The notes under the pieces were generated by a model. That model did not search any database and was not told the DNA's origin. It saw nothing but the letters and a program-made list of their open reading frames with translations. Shown piece by piece: positions 36,882-46,871 of a stretch of DNA of 64,000 bases (positions are counted from its first letter, which is position 1; each line of letters begins with the position of its first letter). Origin of the DNA: Candidatus Fraserbacteria bacterium (GTDB lineage: Bacteria; Bipolaricaulota; Bipolaricaulia; RBG-16-55-9; DRXL01); contig JBBIUX010000006.1 in assembly GCA_037440025.1 (NCBI GenBank), positions 11,296 through 75,295 of the forward strand, written 5' to 3'. A program made the position numbers and the translations under genes.

Positions 36882-37184
36882 ATGATCACGCGTGACGACG
36901 TCCTGCACATCGCCAAGCTGGCTAGGCTCAAGCTCACCGAAGAAGAGGTCTCTCTCTTTCAAGAGCAGCTCGGCCGGATTCTCGATTATTTCAGGCAATT
37001 AGAGGAGCTCGACACGGAGAACGTCGCACCGATGAAGCATATCTTAGATGTGCGCAATGTCTTCCGGGCCGACGAGCCTCACCCATCCATGCCTGTGAGC
37101 GAGGCCCTCAAGAACGCCCCCAAGCGCCGCGACGATTACTTTGAAGTCCCCAAGGTCGTCGAGAAGTCTGAAGCCGGAGGCTGA
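36882..37184 (+). CDS. gatC: Asp/Glu-tRNA amidotransferase subunit C
   Basis: MITRDDVLHIAKLARLKLTEEE... typical GatC. Confidence 0.8.
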   Translation: MITRDDVLHIAKLARLKLTEEEVSLFQEQLGRILDYFRQLEELDTENVAPMKHILDVRNVFRADEPHPSMPVSEALKNAPKRRDDYFEVPKVVEKSEAGG

Positions 37185-37246
37185 AGCATCCGACTCAGAA
37201 GATGCAAGCCCAATAAATTGGGCTCGGAGCACACTTGAGTGTGCTT

Positions 37247-38926
37247 TCATCTGCTGAGACGGCGACTTGAGTCGCCGGACACCTGCAGCCGGCGCGAGGC
37301 GATATTATTGTCATAGCGATCAAGCTCAAGACGCAGGGCCGGATCGCGCAACAGGCGAACCGGGTCTTGCAGATGGCGCACGCGTGCCAGCAACGCTGCG
37401 TCAGGCGCCTCGACAGGGGGCACCCACGAGAGCGTCACCGTCGTGGCTCCCCCTGCCGGAATGGCTACAAAGTGGCGAAATGGCGGCTCGTTCAACGGGT
37501 CTGCGTCGTCGTCAACGGGCTGCCAGCCCTCCGGCCAGGCGGAGAGATCAAGCTGGGAGTTGTCCTTCCAATAGAGTTCGACGATCACATTAGAAATATC
37601 TGAAAACCCTCGGTTGTGCACGGTGAGGTGCACACGATTGACAGCGCCCGCCACGGCGTCTTCGTGATCGTTCTCTCCGAAGGGCTGCTCCGTGCCATTG
37701 AGAATGTCCAGAGGGGGGCCATCTACACGAATATCCGGGCTGAAGCCAATCTCTAGCGCGGGGACGCTGCCGTCGTCGGTGATAGTGTCCCGGACGATGA
37801 GTTCTGGGAGGGCTTGCTCTAACAGATAGAGCGCCGCCGGAAGGTTTTCTTCGAAAGTCGGCTGAATTTGCTCAGTGGGCAGAACGAACCCTGGCGTGCC
37901 CGTCGCCGGGCGCAGCTCCACTAAGATAGATAGCCCCGCGGTCTCACTGTAAACCCAATCGGTTGAGACGCCGCCGGCTGGGTAGGGGCAACCTAAACTG
38001 ATCTGACATGCCTGATATGTTTGCCCGTGAACGCCCTGCATGAGCTGGGCCATCGTCTCGACGATCCGGGTGTACTCACCGCCATCAGACGGGGGATTGA
38101 AGCGAGCGTCTTCGCTGAGGGGCACAGGGGGATCGAACGTGTAGGCCCACGGCGCGCCGACGATCTGGGAAAAACTGTGATAGTCAATAAACGCTTTGAA
38201 GCGGTGGCGCGGGTCGAGCACCAGATCACGGATTGATCTGATCTCCGGCTCGGAGAAGGGTTCTGGGCCGCGATAGGTAATGCTGCGGGGGTCACGGCTG
38301 CCGCCAGCACGGGAACCCCATTGGAAGCCCCAATTTCTGTTCAGATCAACGCCGAGGACGTCGTTGCCCAGGTCTCTTCGGTTTTTGCGCCACAGGCGAC
38401 AGAGCTGCTCTGGGGCTGTGGGGCACGGATCTGAGCGCGTGTACTCGTGGCCGTCAGGGTTGACCATCGGGACGACCCAAATCTCTAAGGTATTTATTAA
38501 TTTTTGCACGCGCTCGTCGGTCGCGTAGTTTTGGGCTAAGTATTGAGCGATCAAGAAGGGTACTTCGACGCCGATCCATTCGCGAGCGTGCTGGCCGCCA
38601 ATAAACAGCGTTTCGGGTTCGGTGGGGTCTTCAGTAGAAACGTCGTCGCTGAGTTTGACAGCCCAGATCTCGCGGCCTTGGTGGCTTTGGCCGAGCGAGA
38701 CGACTTGGACAATGTGGGGGTACTGCTCGGCCAGCGCGAAGAGATCGGCTTTCAGCGAGCGAAATTCCCACAGACCAAAGCCGGCAATATGTGAAACCCC
38801 CGTGAAGTCGTAGGCGTGATAGACCCACGACGGCTGGGGCTGCGTCTGGGCTGGCTGGATGCTCCCCACGATGAGAAAGATAACCAACAAAGACGCGCGT
38901 TGCATGGCAGTGCCTCCCTGCTTCAT
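37247..38926 (-). CDS. Secreted M14-family zinc carboxypeptidase
   Basis: Signal peptide; HAREWIG zinc-binding motif region; ~559 aa. Confidence 0.7.
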   Translation of the reverse strand: MKQGGTAMQRASLLVIFLIVGSIQPAQTQPQPSWVYHAYDFTGVSHIAGFGLWEFRSLKADLFALAEQYPHIVQVVSLGQSHQGREIWAVKLSDDVSTEDPTEPETLFIGGQHAREWIGVEVPFLIAQYLAQNYATDERVQKLINTLEIWVVPMVNPDGHEYTRSDPCPTAPEQLCRLWRKNRRDLGNDVLGVDLNRNWGFQWGSRAGGSRDPRSITYRGPEPFSEPEIRSIRDLVLDPRHRFKAFIDYHSFSQIVGAPWAYTFDPPVPLSEDARFNPPSDGGEYTRIVETMAQLMQGVHGQTYQACQISLGCPYPAGGVSTDWVYSETAGLSILVELRPATGTPGFVLPTEQIQPTFEENLPAALYLLEQALPELIVRDTITDDGSVPALEIGFSPDIRVDGPPLDILNGTEQPFGENDHEDAVAGAVNRVHLTVHNRGFSDISNVIVELYWKDNSQLDLSAWPEGWQPVDDDADPLNEPPFRHFVAIPAGGATTVTLSWVPPVEAPDAALLARVRHLQDPVRLLRDPALRLELDRYDNNIASRRLQVSGDSSRRLSR

Positions 38927-38945
38927 TCTTCTTCATTTTCATTGT

Positions 38946-39629
38946 TCATTGGCTCACGGTGACTTCCGTGCCGATGGGCTCCCCGCGCACAATTCGTTCG
39001 AGATTGCCCGCACGGAAGACGTCGAACACTCTTATAGGGATTTTGTTCTCCCGACAGATCGCTAAAGCCGTCAGGTCCATCACGTTCAGTCTCTTGGCTA
39101 TCGCTTCGTCCAGTGTGAGTTCTGTATAGAGCTTGGCTTTGGGATTTTTTTTAGGGTCGGCACTGTAGACGCCGGGGACGTCCGTTGCTTTCAGCAAGAC
39201 TTGAGCAGCGATTTCGCTTGCTCTGATCGCTGCGGCTGTATCTGTCGTCACGAAGGGGTTGCCCGTCCCACCGGCGAAGATCACGATCTTCTTCTCTGAC
39301 AGGGCTTGGCGAGCGCTGCGGGGATCGAGGGGCTCGGTGTAGGCTGTGACCACCGCCGACTGTAACAGCACCGGAGCGCCGTGGTTCTCTAGGCTCTGGC
39401 GCAGCGCTAGGCCGTTGAGCACCGTAGCTAACATGCCCATCTGATCGGCCACCACGCGATCTAGCTCTTTCAGTTCCGCGCCGCGCAGAAAGTTCCCGCC
39501 GCCGATGACCACGGCGATCTCCGTCCCTAACGTGCGAGTGCATCGTATTTGCTCGGAGATGATCTCGAGTGCTGCGGAGTCGAGCCCGCAACCCCGATCT
39601 CCTCCCAGAGCCTCTCCGGAGAGCTTCAA
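38946..39629 (-). CDS. pyrH: UMP kinase (start probably a non-ATG codon slightly upstream)
   Basis: KLSGEALGG...VVIGGGNFLRG...; upstream frame continues RRRILLKLSGEAL. Confidence 0.85.
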   Translation of the reverse strand: MKLSGEALGGDRGCGLDSAALEIISEQIRCTRTLGTEIAVVIGGGNFLRGAELKELDRVVADQMGMLATVLNGLALRQSLENHGAPVLLQSAVVTAYTEPLDPRSARQALSEKKIVIFAGGTGNPFVTTDTAAAIRASEIAAQVLLKATDVPGVYSADPKKNPKAKLYTELTLDEAIAKRLNVMDLTALAICRENKIPIRVFDVFRAGNLERIVRGEPIGTEVTVSQ

Positions 39630-39672
39630 GAGAATGCGGCGACGTGTGTGAACGTGCAGGCCGATAGAATGC

Positions 39673-40281
39673 TCACTTTCCTATTGCAAACCGAGCGAAT
39701 CTCTTCACGATGATCGTCTCGCCCACTTTGTTCGTCAGCTCGCCCAACATATCTTCGACCGTGGTCTTGCCCGTGGGGTCTTTAATGAAGGGCTGCTTCA
39801 GTAAACAGACTTGCTGATAGAAGTTTTTGATCTTCCCCTCGACGATCTTTTCGATCACATGAGCGGGCTTGCCCTCTTGCTGGGCTTGATGGCGATAGAG
39901 CTCTTTCTCTTGCGCGCTGACTGAAGCCGGTACGTCTTCGGGCTTGACGTACTGCGGGGGCGGATACGCCGCCGCAATGTGCATCGCCAAGTCTTTCAAA
40001 ACTTCACGGAACGCTTCACTGTTCGCAGCAAAGTCCGTCTGACAGTTCATCTCGACCAGGACCCCGACGCGCCCGTTATGGTGAATGTACGCTTCGACAC
40101 GTCCGTGCTTGGTCTCTCCAGCCCGCGAGGCGAAGAGTTCTTTGCCCTGCTCGCGCAGGATGAGCTTGGCTTTCTCTAAGTCTCCCTGGGCTTCTTCCAG
40201 GGCCTTCTTGCAGTCGAGAATGCCGATGCCTGTCTCCTCACGGAGCCTTTTCACTAACTCGTTCAACGGTGCCGTGCTCAT
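39673..40281 (-). CDS. tsf: Elongation factor Ts
   Basis: LVKRLREETGIGILDCKKAL (UBA-like N-terminus) and EF-Ts core. Confidence 0.9.
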   Translation of the reverse strand: MSTAPLNELVKRLREETGIGILDCKKALEEAQGDLEKAKLILREQGKELFASRAGETKHGRVEAYIHHNGRVGVLVEMNCQTDFAANSEAFREVLKDLAMHIAAAYPPPQYVKPEDVPASVSAQEKELYRHQAQQEGKPAHVIEKIVEGKIKNFYQQVCLLKQPFIKDPTGKTTVEDMLGELTNKVGETIIVKRFARFAIGK

Positions 40282-41081
40282 GCTGTTGCTCCCTCTTCTG
40301 GGTCTTCGACAACCGTTGGGGCTCCGTTGACCTGTACAGCAGCTGGAATGACTGCCGCGGCCTCCTCCGGCTTCTTGACGGGGGTCTTATCGGCGGAGCG
40401 ACCCTCGCGGCCCTCTAACACGGCATCGGCCATGCGGGCCGTGATCAGCTTGGTCGCTTTGATCGCGTCATCGTTGCCGGGGATGGGGAAATCAATGGGA
40501 TCGGGATCGCAGTTGGTGTCCACAATGGCCGCCACGGGAATCCCCAGCAGCTGCGCTTCGTGAATGGCGTTCTTCTCTAAGATGGTGTCCACCACAAAGA
40601 GAGCGCCGGGCAAATGGTCCATGTAGCGCAGGCCTTCGAGGGTGCGCTGCAGTTTCATCAGTTCGCGGCGCCAGTTCTGTGCCTCTTTGGGCGGCATGCC
40701 GTCGAAAACCCCGGCCTCTTCCATATCTTCTAAATCTTTCATTCGCTGAATGCGCTTCTGGATGATGCCAAAGTTGGTCAGAGTTCCACCGAGCCAGCGC
40801 TGGTTCACATACAGGGCGCCGCAGCGTTTGGCCTCTTCAGCAATGGTCTCTTGGACTTGGCGCTTCGTGCCCACAAAGAGCGCGTTCTTCCCGGAAGCGA
40901 CCGTATCGCGCACGAAGAGATAGGCTTCCTCAAAAAGACGAATGGTCTTTTCTAAATCTATGATATGAATGCCCTTGCGCTCGGTGAAGATATACTCACG
41001 CATCTTGGGGTTCCACTTGCGCACCCGATGCCCGAAATGCACCCCCGTTTCTAATAGCTCTTTGATCGTTAGAAGCTCCAC
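40278..41081 (-). CDS. rpsB: 30S ribosomal protein S2 (GTG start with AGGAGG SD; ORF track N-extension to 41204 unlikely)
   Basis: LLETGVHFGHRVRKWNPKM; acidic/Ala-Pro-rich C-terminal tail. Confidence 0.85.
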   Translation of the reverse strand: MELLTIKELLETGVHFGHRVRKWNPKMREYIFTERKGIHIIDLEKTIRLFEEAYLFVRDTVASGKNALFVGTKRQVQETIAEEAKRCGALYVNQRWLGGTLTNFGIIQKRIQRMKDLEDMEEAGVFDGMPPKEAQNWRRELMKLQRTLEGLRYMDHLPGALFVVDTILEKNAIHEAQLLGIPVAAIVDTNCDPDPIDFPIPGNDDAIKATKLITARMADAVLEGREGRSADKTPVKKPEEAAAVIPAAVQVNGAPTVVEDPEEGATA

Positions 41082-41288
41082 ATCGCTTCCTCCTTTCTCC
41101 AAAGTTCCGAGCGTCTTCTTCCAGCTGGTTTGCCACAGATATATGGACAGGAAGAGACGCGCTAACGGTCCCCCTAATGTAGCAAAACAGGCGTGAATCT
41201 GCAAGTTTGAGAGACCCTGGCCGGTGTGGCTCCGCCTTGATTGCTTCTCAGAGACTTTTACGGCTATAATCGTCTGGGTGAGTGCACT

Positions 41289-42695
41289 GTGCCAGAGACA
41301 TCAGAATTCTCAAGGGCGCTGCCGAAAAACCGTGAGGCCGAACAGGTCATTCTAGGGGCGTCCATGCTGGACCCCGAAGCGACGATTCCCCAGCTGCTTC
41401 AAACCCTTCAGCCTGATGATTTCTTTTGGAAAGCTCATCAGAGTATCTATCGGGGCATTCTGGAGCTCTTCGAGGGTGGCAAACCCGCCGATCTGATCAC
41501 CGTTGGAAATCGTCTTGATGAGCTCAATAGACTCGACGATATTGGTGGCCGGGCATACTTGAGTGAGCTGGTCGCCAAAGTGACCACCACGGCCAGCGTG
41601 CCCTATTACGCGGAGATCATCAAAAAGAAGGCGATCCTGCGTGCGCTCATCGAGGCCGGCCATGAAATTGCCGAGTTGGGGTTTAGCGAAGAGTCCGAAC
41701 TGGAGCCCCTGCTCGATGCCGCTGAAGAGAAAGTCTTTCAGATCTCACGCTTCCAGCTCAAACAGAATTTCTATCTCATTCGGGATTTTCTTCATGAGCA
41801 TCTGGAGCACCTAGAAAGGCTGCAGCGCGATCCCTCGCAGCATACAGTCACGGGGTTGCCCACAGGCTATCGTCGTTTTGACGAGATGACCGCGGGTCTA
41901 CAGCCTTCGGACTTGATCATTGTGGCGGCACGCCCCAGCGTCGGCAAGACGTCTCTGGCGCTCTCCATCGGACGCCAGATGGCGTTGCGCTTTGCCCGAT
42001 GTGTCGGTTTTTTCAGCTTAGAGATGACCAAAGAGCAAGTCTTAGAAAGACTGCTCTGCGCCGAGGCGCGCATTAATTTGCACCGTTTGCGCGGCGGGTA
42101 TCTGCAAACGGACTCGGAGTCATGGAGAAGGATCATCAGTGCAGCAAACAAGCTGCAGAACAGCAAAATTATTGTTGACGACACCCCCAGCATCTCCGTG
42201 TTGGAGCTGAAAGCCAAGGCGCGGCGCATGAAGGCCGAGCATGGGCTGGACGCGCTGTTTGTGGATTACTTGCAATTGGTCGAAGGAGGAGGGCGCAGCG
42301 ACGTGCGCGAGCAGGAGGTGGCGTACATTGCCCGGTCGCTCAAGGGGTTAGCCCGTGAACTGGATATTCCGGTGGTGGCGCTCTCGCAGCTCTCGCGGGC
42401 GCCGGAGCGTCATCAGCCCAGAAGACCCAGGCTGTCGGATCTCAGAGAATCAGGCGAGATCGAACAAACTGCTGATGTGGTGCTCTTTCTGTATCGTGAA
42501 GACCCTGGGGGCGAAGAGAGCTCTGAAGAGTCTGAAGGCCAAGACCATCCGACGGCCCCTTTGGTCCATGAGACCGAGATCATTATTGGGAAGCAGCGCA
42601 ACGGCCCGACAGGATCTTTTAAGCTGCTCTTCCATCGCGCGTACACAAGCTTTGAGGAGCATTACGTCGGGGAGGAGGTCGGGCCGACATTCTAG
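41289..42695 (+). CDS. dnaB: Replicative DNA helicase DnaB (no intein)
   Basis: AEQVILGASMLDPE N-terminal domain, Walker A RPSVGKTSLAL, RecA-like core; acidic low-complexity insert near the C-terminus. Confidence 0.85.
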   Translation: MPETSEFSRALPKNREAEQVILGASMLDPEATIPQLLQTLQPDDFFWKAHQSIYRGILELFEGGKPADLITVGNRLDELNRLDDIGGRAYLSELVAKVTTTASVPYYAEIIKKKAILRALIEAGHEIAELGFSEESELEPLLDAAEEKVFQISRFQLKQNFYLIRDFLHEHLEHLERLQRDPSQHTVTGLPTGYRRFDEMTAGLQPSDLIIVAARPSVGKTSLALSIGRQMALRFARCVGFFSLEMTKEQVLERLLCAEARINLHRLRGGYLQTDSESWRRIISAANKLQNSKIIVDDTPSISVLELKAKARRMKAEHGLDALFVDYLQLVEGGGRSDVREQEVAYIARSLKGLARELDIPVVALSQLSRAPERHQPRRPRLSDLRESGEIEQTADVVLFLYREDPGGEESSEESEGQDHPTAPLVHETEIIIGKQRNGPTGSFKLLFHRAYTSFEEHYVGEEVGPTF

Positions 42696-42763
42696 AGTGC
42701 CCTTGCTCTCTCCTCAGGAGATGCGCTATAATCTCGACAAATTCCCGTGGTCTGGAGGGTGCG

Positions 42764-43555
42764 ATGCAGTCTGAGGTCTTGCTCGAAGTGCGCGATTTGG
42801 TTAAAGACTTCGGTGGCCTGCGTGCCGTCAATCGCTGTTCTTTGTCTGTCAAACGTGGCACGATCACGGGGTTGATCGGCCCCAACGGCGCGGGCAAGAC
42901 GACGCTTTTTAATGTAATCACGGGGTTCCACAAACCTGATAGCGGCCAGGTCATCTTCCGCGGGGAAGAGATCACTGGGCTGCCTGCCTATCGCGTCTTT
43001 CGCAAGAAGCTCTGTCGCACCTTTCAGATTCCCCGCGAGTTCAAGCAGATGACCGTTTTGGAGAACTTAATGCTTGTCCCCGCCGGGCAGCGCGGGGAGA
43101 ATATTTTTTATCCGTGGTTTCTGCCGGGGATCGTGCGACGGCAAGAGCAGGAGGTTCGCGACCAAGCGCTCGCCGTGCTGGAATTTGTCAATTTGCTGCA
43201 TCTGAAGGACGAGTATGCGGGCAATCTGTCTGGAGGGCAGAAGAAATTGCTCGAGTTGGCCCGCACATTGATGGCTGACCCACAAATGGTGCTGCTCGAT
43301 GAACCCGGCGCGGGCGTCAATCCCACTTTGATGAAACAGCTCGTAGCGAATATTGAACGTCTGTGCTCTGAGCGCGGCGTAACGTTCTTGTTGATTGAGC
43401 ACGATATGGATTTTGTGATGAATTTGTGCAATCCGGTGATCGTCATGAGCAACGGGGAGAAATTGGCCGAGGGCACGCCTCAAGAGATCCAACGAGATGA
43501 GCGCGTCTTGGAAGCGTATCTGGGCAGCCAGTACCGCACCATAATGTCGGAGTGA
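42764..43555 (+). CDS. livG: Branched-chain amino-acid ABC transporter ATP-binding protein LivG
   Basis: Walker A GPNGAGKTT, LSGGQKK signature, LivG-type insertion. Confidence 0.85.
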   Translation: MQSEVLLEVRDLVKDFGGLRAVNRCSLSVKRGTITGLIGPNGAGKTTLFNVITGFHKPDSGQVIFRGEEITGLPAYRVFRKKLCRTFQIPREFKQMTVLENLMLVPAGQRGENIFYPWFLPGIVRRQEQEVRDQALAVLEFVNLLHLKDEYAGNLSGGQKKLLELARTLMADPQMVLLDEPGAGVNPTLMKQLVANIERLCSERGVTFLLIEHDMDFVMNLCNPVIVMSNGEKLAEGTPQEIQRDERVLEAYLGSQYRTIMSE

Positions 43556-44262
43556 GCATGGCACTGTTAGAAGCGCAGGGGCTCGTCTCCGGCTACGGCG
43601 GGATGGAAATTCTGCACGGGGTCTCTATCACCATCGAGCCAGGACAGATCGTCTCGATTATCGGCCCCAACGGTGCGGGCAAGAGCACGTTGCTGAAGAC
43701 GATCTTTGGGTTGCTATCAGTAAAATCTGGGAAAGTCGCGTTCAACGGTACGGATATCACGGGCTGGAGCCCTGACCGCATCGTCCGGCTGGGGATGTGC
43801 TTTGTGCCCCAGACGGAGAACGTCTTCCCCTCGCTGACGGTGCAAGAGAACTTTGAGATGGGTGCTTTCATTCGCGATGACGACTATCGCGCTCGCCTGG
43901 GAGAGATCTTTGAGTTGTTTCCCGACTTGAGGGCACGGCGCCATGTCAGAGTGGGGGCGCTCTCTGGAGGGCAGCGCCAGATGGTGGCGATGGGCCGAGC
44001 GCTGATGCTCGACCCAAAGCTCTTGCTCTTAGACGAGCCGAGCGCAGGGCTGGCTCCCAAGCTGGTCGAGCTGCTCTTTGAACGGGTGAGGGAGATCAAC
44101 AAGACAGGGGTGGCGATGGTCATGGTCGAGCAGAACGCCCGAGAAGCTTTGAAATTCTCGGATCATGGCTATGTGCTTGCTTCCGGCGAGAATCGCTTTG
44201 ACGACACCGGGCCGGCGCTCTTACAGAACGAAGAGATCGGGCGGTTGTATCTGGGAGGCTGA
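43552..44262 (+). CDS. livF: Branched-chain amino-acid ABC transporter ATP-binding protein LivF
   Basis: GPNGAGKST, LSGGQRQ; 4-nt overlap with livG. Confidence 0.85.
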   Translation: MSMALLEAQGLVSGYGGMEILHGVSITIEPGQIVSIIGPNGAGKSTLLKTIFGLLSVKSGKVAFNGTDITGWSPDRIVRLGMCFVPQTENVFPSLTVQENFEMGAFIRDDDYRARLGEIFELFPDLRARRHVRVGALSGGQRQMVAMGRALMLDPKLLLLDEPSAGLAPKLVELLFERVREINKTGVAMVMVEQNAREALKFSDHGYVLASGENRFDDTGPALLQNEEIGRLYLGG

Positions 44263-44289
44263 CGAGCAGATTATTGTCTTGATATACTT

Positions 44290-44496
44290 ATGGGTCGGAG
44301 TAAGAAGGTGCGCAGACGTATCGCTGGTTTGGAGCATCAAATTGCGCTTCATCGTGAGAAGATCGCTATAGAGCAAGCTCAATCTTCTCCGGATTGGCGA
44401 AACATCCGCAAGTGGGAAAAAGACATCGCGATCTTGCAGCGTGAGAGTGAACGACTCCGAGCTCGGCTGCCCGGCTGGCGCAAGAGAGGTGTATGA
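44290..44496 (+). CDS. Hypothetical small basic coiled-coil protein inserted in the liv operon
   Basis: 68 aa, Arg/Lys-rich; no recognisable family. Confidence 0.3.
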   Translation: MGRSKKVRRRIAGLEHQIALHREKIAIEQAQSSPDWRNIRKWEKDIAILQRESERLRARLPGWRKRGV

Positions 44497-44499
44497 AAG

Positions 44500-44751
44500 A
44501 TGCTTAAGGCTACAGAGACCATGACGGTCTTACGACCGACGACAGACTTATTAGAGTTAGCTTTAGAGGAGCTAGCTGAGGAGTGTGCCCACGTCTTGCA
44601 TCTCATGGCGCAACTGCGTCGTCTGCCTGAAGGAGACGAGCGCGATACTTTGGAAGGCGAGTTGTCGGCAGCCTTGGTCCATCTGCGAATGGAGTCCACT
44701 TTTGCCTTAAAAGAGTGGGACAAGCTCACCGACAGCTTGCCCGACGATTAA
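44500..44751 (+). CDS. Hypothetical small acidic helical protein inserted in the liv operon
   Basis: 83 aa; 3-nt spacing to previous ORF and 4 nt to livH. Confidence 0.3.
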   Translation: MLKATETMTVLRPTTDLLELALEELAEECAHVLHLMAQLRRLPEGDERDTLEGELSAALVHLRMESTFALKEWDKLTDSLPDD

Positions 44752-44755
44752 AGCT

Positions 44756-45664
44756 ATGCTCGAGCTGACTGTCTATGGGATCATCTACGGGAGCATTATC
44801 GCGCTGGGCGCGATTGGGCTCACTCTGATTTACGGGATTTTGCGGTTTGCCAACTTCGCCCACGGCGATTTGATGAGTGTGGGGGCATATCTCGCTTTTT
44901 TCTTGATTCATGTGCTCTTTCCCCTCTTGGGGGTGCCCCAAGAGCGCTTCGGGGGGACCAGCTTCGGCTGGCAGCTCTTGCTGGCTATGCCCATCGCCGT
45001 CGTCCTCACGGCGCTCTTGGCGATCGCGCTCGATCAGGTCTTTTACAGGACACTGCGCGCTCGGCGGGCGAGCCCAGTGATCTTAGCTATGGCTTCTTTG
45101 GGAACAGCCTTCATCGTGCGCAATCTCATCTATATTCTGTGGGGGCCGGATAAGATCAATTACTTTCCGGGGATCTCTCGACCGGCCTGGCAGCTCCCCT
45201 TTGACATTCGCATCCGGCCTGACGAGCTCATCATCGTCGTGCTGGCGCTGGGTTTAGTGGCGCTCGTCTATCTGTTTTTACAAAGGACAAAGTTGGGCAA
45301 AGCGATGCGTGCGACGGCAGACAATCCCGATCTGGCACGCGTCACGGGGATCAACACCGAACAAGTACGGTTGTGGACGTGGGGGATAGGAGCGGGTTTA
45401 GCGGCAGTCGCGGGGATTATGTACGGGGTGAACGCGCAACTCTTCCCGGAGATGGGCTGGGGTTTTCTGCTCCCGCTCTTTGCTGCTGCCGTGTTAGGGA
45501 CGGTGGGGAATCCCTACGGCGCTTTGATCGGGGGTCTGGTCATCGGGATTGTGCAGCGTCTTTCGACGGAGTGGCTCAATCCGGCCTATCAGCCCGCGGT
45601 CGCTTTTCTCGTCTTAATTGTAGTGCTTCTGGTGCGACCGCAGGGCATTTTTGGGGTAAAATAG
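44756..45664 (+). CDS. livH: Branched-chain amino-acid ABC transporter permease LivH
   Basis: 8-10 TM helices, LivH-type. Confidence 0.85.
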   Translation: MLELTVYGIIYGSIIALGAIGLTLIYGILRFANFAHGDLMSVGAYLAFFLIHVLFPLLGVPQERFGGTSFGWQLLLAMPIAVVLTALLAIALDQVFYRTLRARRASPVILAMASLGTAFIVRNLIYILWGPDKINYFPGISRPAWQLPFDIRIRPDELIIVVLALGLVALVYLFLQRTKLGKAMRATADNPDLARVTGINTEQVRLWTWGIGAGLAAVAGIMYGVNAQLFPEMGWGFLLPLFAAAVLGTVGNPYGALIGGLVIGIVQRLSTEWLNPAYQPAVAFLVLIVVLLVRPQGIFGVK

Positions 45665-45668
45665 CTTT

Positions 45669-46832
45669 ATGGAACTCACTCGCATCATAGCGTTAGTCAC
45701 TTTTGGGGGGCTGGGGGGATGGTTGTTCAGCTTCTTTGCGCGCTCGGCCCGATGGCGGTGGGGGCTGGCCGTCTTGGGAGCTCTTCTCTTTGGGGTCATT
45801 ATGGGGATGGCACCCAGAGAATGGGTAGCATATCTCATGGCGCCCGCTATTACGGCCTGTCTCTATGCGGTCTTGACGCTGGGGCTGAACGTTCAGTGGG
45901 GGTTGACAGGGCTTTTTAATATTGGGATCGCGGCGTTTTTTGCCGTGGGGGCGTTCACCTCGGCGCTCATCACGAAAGCGATGCCTACAGGGCTTGCTGC
46001 TGAATATACCAAGCAGCTCTTTGGGCTCAATCTCCCGTTTATCTTCGGTGTGTTGGGGGCAGCCGTTGTCTGCGGGGTGATCGCGCTGGTGATCGGCTTG
46101 CTCACCCTGCGCCTGCGTGAAGACTATCTCGCCATCTCGACTATTGGGATCTCTGAGTCTTTGCGAATCGTCTTTCAGAGCGAGCGCTGGCTGGCCAACG
46201 GGCCGCAGCCGCTGTCGGGCATCCCCAAGCCGCTCTTCTGTTTGGTTGAAGACCACCCGTGTGCCTGGCTGCCCGGTTTTCTGAAAGAGCTGCTTGCGCC
46301 CTTGGACTCGCGCGACTACGACGTGATCTTGCTTGTGCTTCTTGTGCTCTCTCTTGTGATAATCTTTCTGTTGCTCCAGCGGGTCACGTGGTCGCCGTGG
46401 GGCCGGGTCTCGCGAGCGATCCGTGAGGACGAAGCAGCGACGAGTGCGTTCGGCAAGAACGTCTTTGCGTTTAAGGTGCAAGCGTTCGTCTTGGGAGCTT
46501 GTGTGATGGGCATTGGCGGAGCTTTGTTTACGGCATCGGTGAGCACTATTGATTTTGGGCTCTTTCATCCGATGAGCTATACGTTCATGATCTGGGTGAT
46601 GCTGATGGCTGGGGGATCGGGCAATCACAAGGGCGCGGTCTTTGGGGCGTTTGCCATCTGGGCCATCTGGATGGGCACGACATTTCTCAGCGATGCTCTC
46701 GTGCCCTTTCAGTTCAAGACCCAGGTCTTCTACGTGCGCTATCTGTTGGTTGGGGTCTTGCTCTTAGCCATCTTGCTCTTTCGGCCGCAGGGGGTCTTAC
46801 CGGAGGAGAAGGGGAGCGTACAGAGCAAATAG
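45669..46832 (+). CDS. livM: Branched-chain amino-acid ABC transporter permease LivM
   Basis: Polytopic permease following livH. Confidence 0.85.
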   Translation: MELTRIIALVTFGGLGGWLFSFFARSARWRWGLAVLGALLFGVIMGMAPREWVAYLMAPAITACLYAVLTLGLNVQWGLTGLFNIGIAAFFAVGAFTSALITKAMPTGLAAEYTKQLFGLNLPFIFGVLGAAVVCGVIALVIGLLTLRLREDYLAISTIGISESLRIVFQSERWLANGPQPLSGIPKPLFCLVEDHPCAWLPGFLKELLAPLDSRDYDVILLVLLVLSLVIIFLLLQRVTWSPWGRVSRAIREDEAATSAFGKNVFAFKVQAFVLGACVMGIGGALFTASVSTIDFGLFHPMSYTFMIWVMLMAGGSGNHKGAVFGAFAIWAIWMGTTFLSDALVPFQFKTQVFYVRYLLVGVLLLAILLFRPQGVLPEEKGSVQSK

Positions 46833-46871
46833 AAAAACACAAGCGGGAGCCCCCAGGTCTTTCTCGTCAGA

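Noticed and set aside
40278-41204. Long N-terminal extension of ribosomal protein S2 in the ORF track (MQIHACFATLGGPLARLFLS...)
   Set aside because: S2 proteins begin near LLE.GVHFGH. An in-frame GTG with a strong AGGAGG SD at ~41081 gives a normal 267-aa S2, so the extension is an ORF-caller artefact.
41289-42695. Checked DnaB (and RecG) for inteins
   Set aside because: DnaB is 469-484 aa with contiguous helicase motifs and no ~150-400-aa insertion or Cys/Ser-extein junction. The only insertion is a short acidic low-complexity segment (EDPGGEESSEESEGQDHP, nt ~42485-42570), possibly a GAGTC-type repeat remnant but too short to assert.
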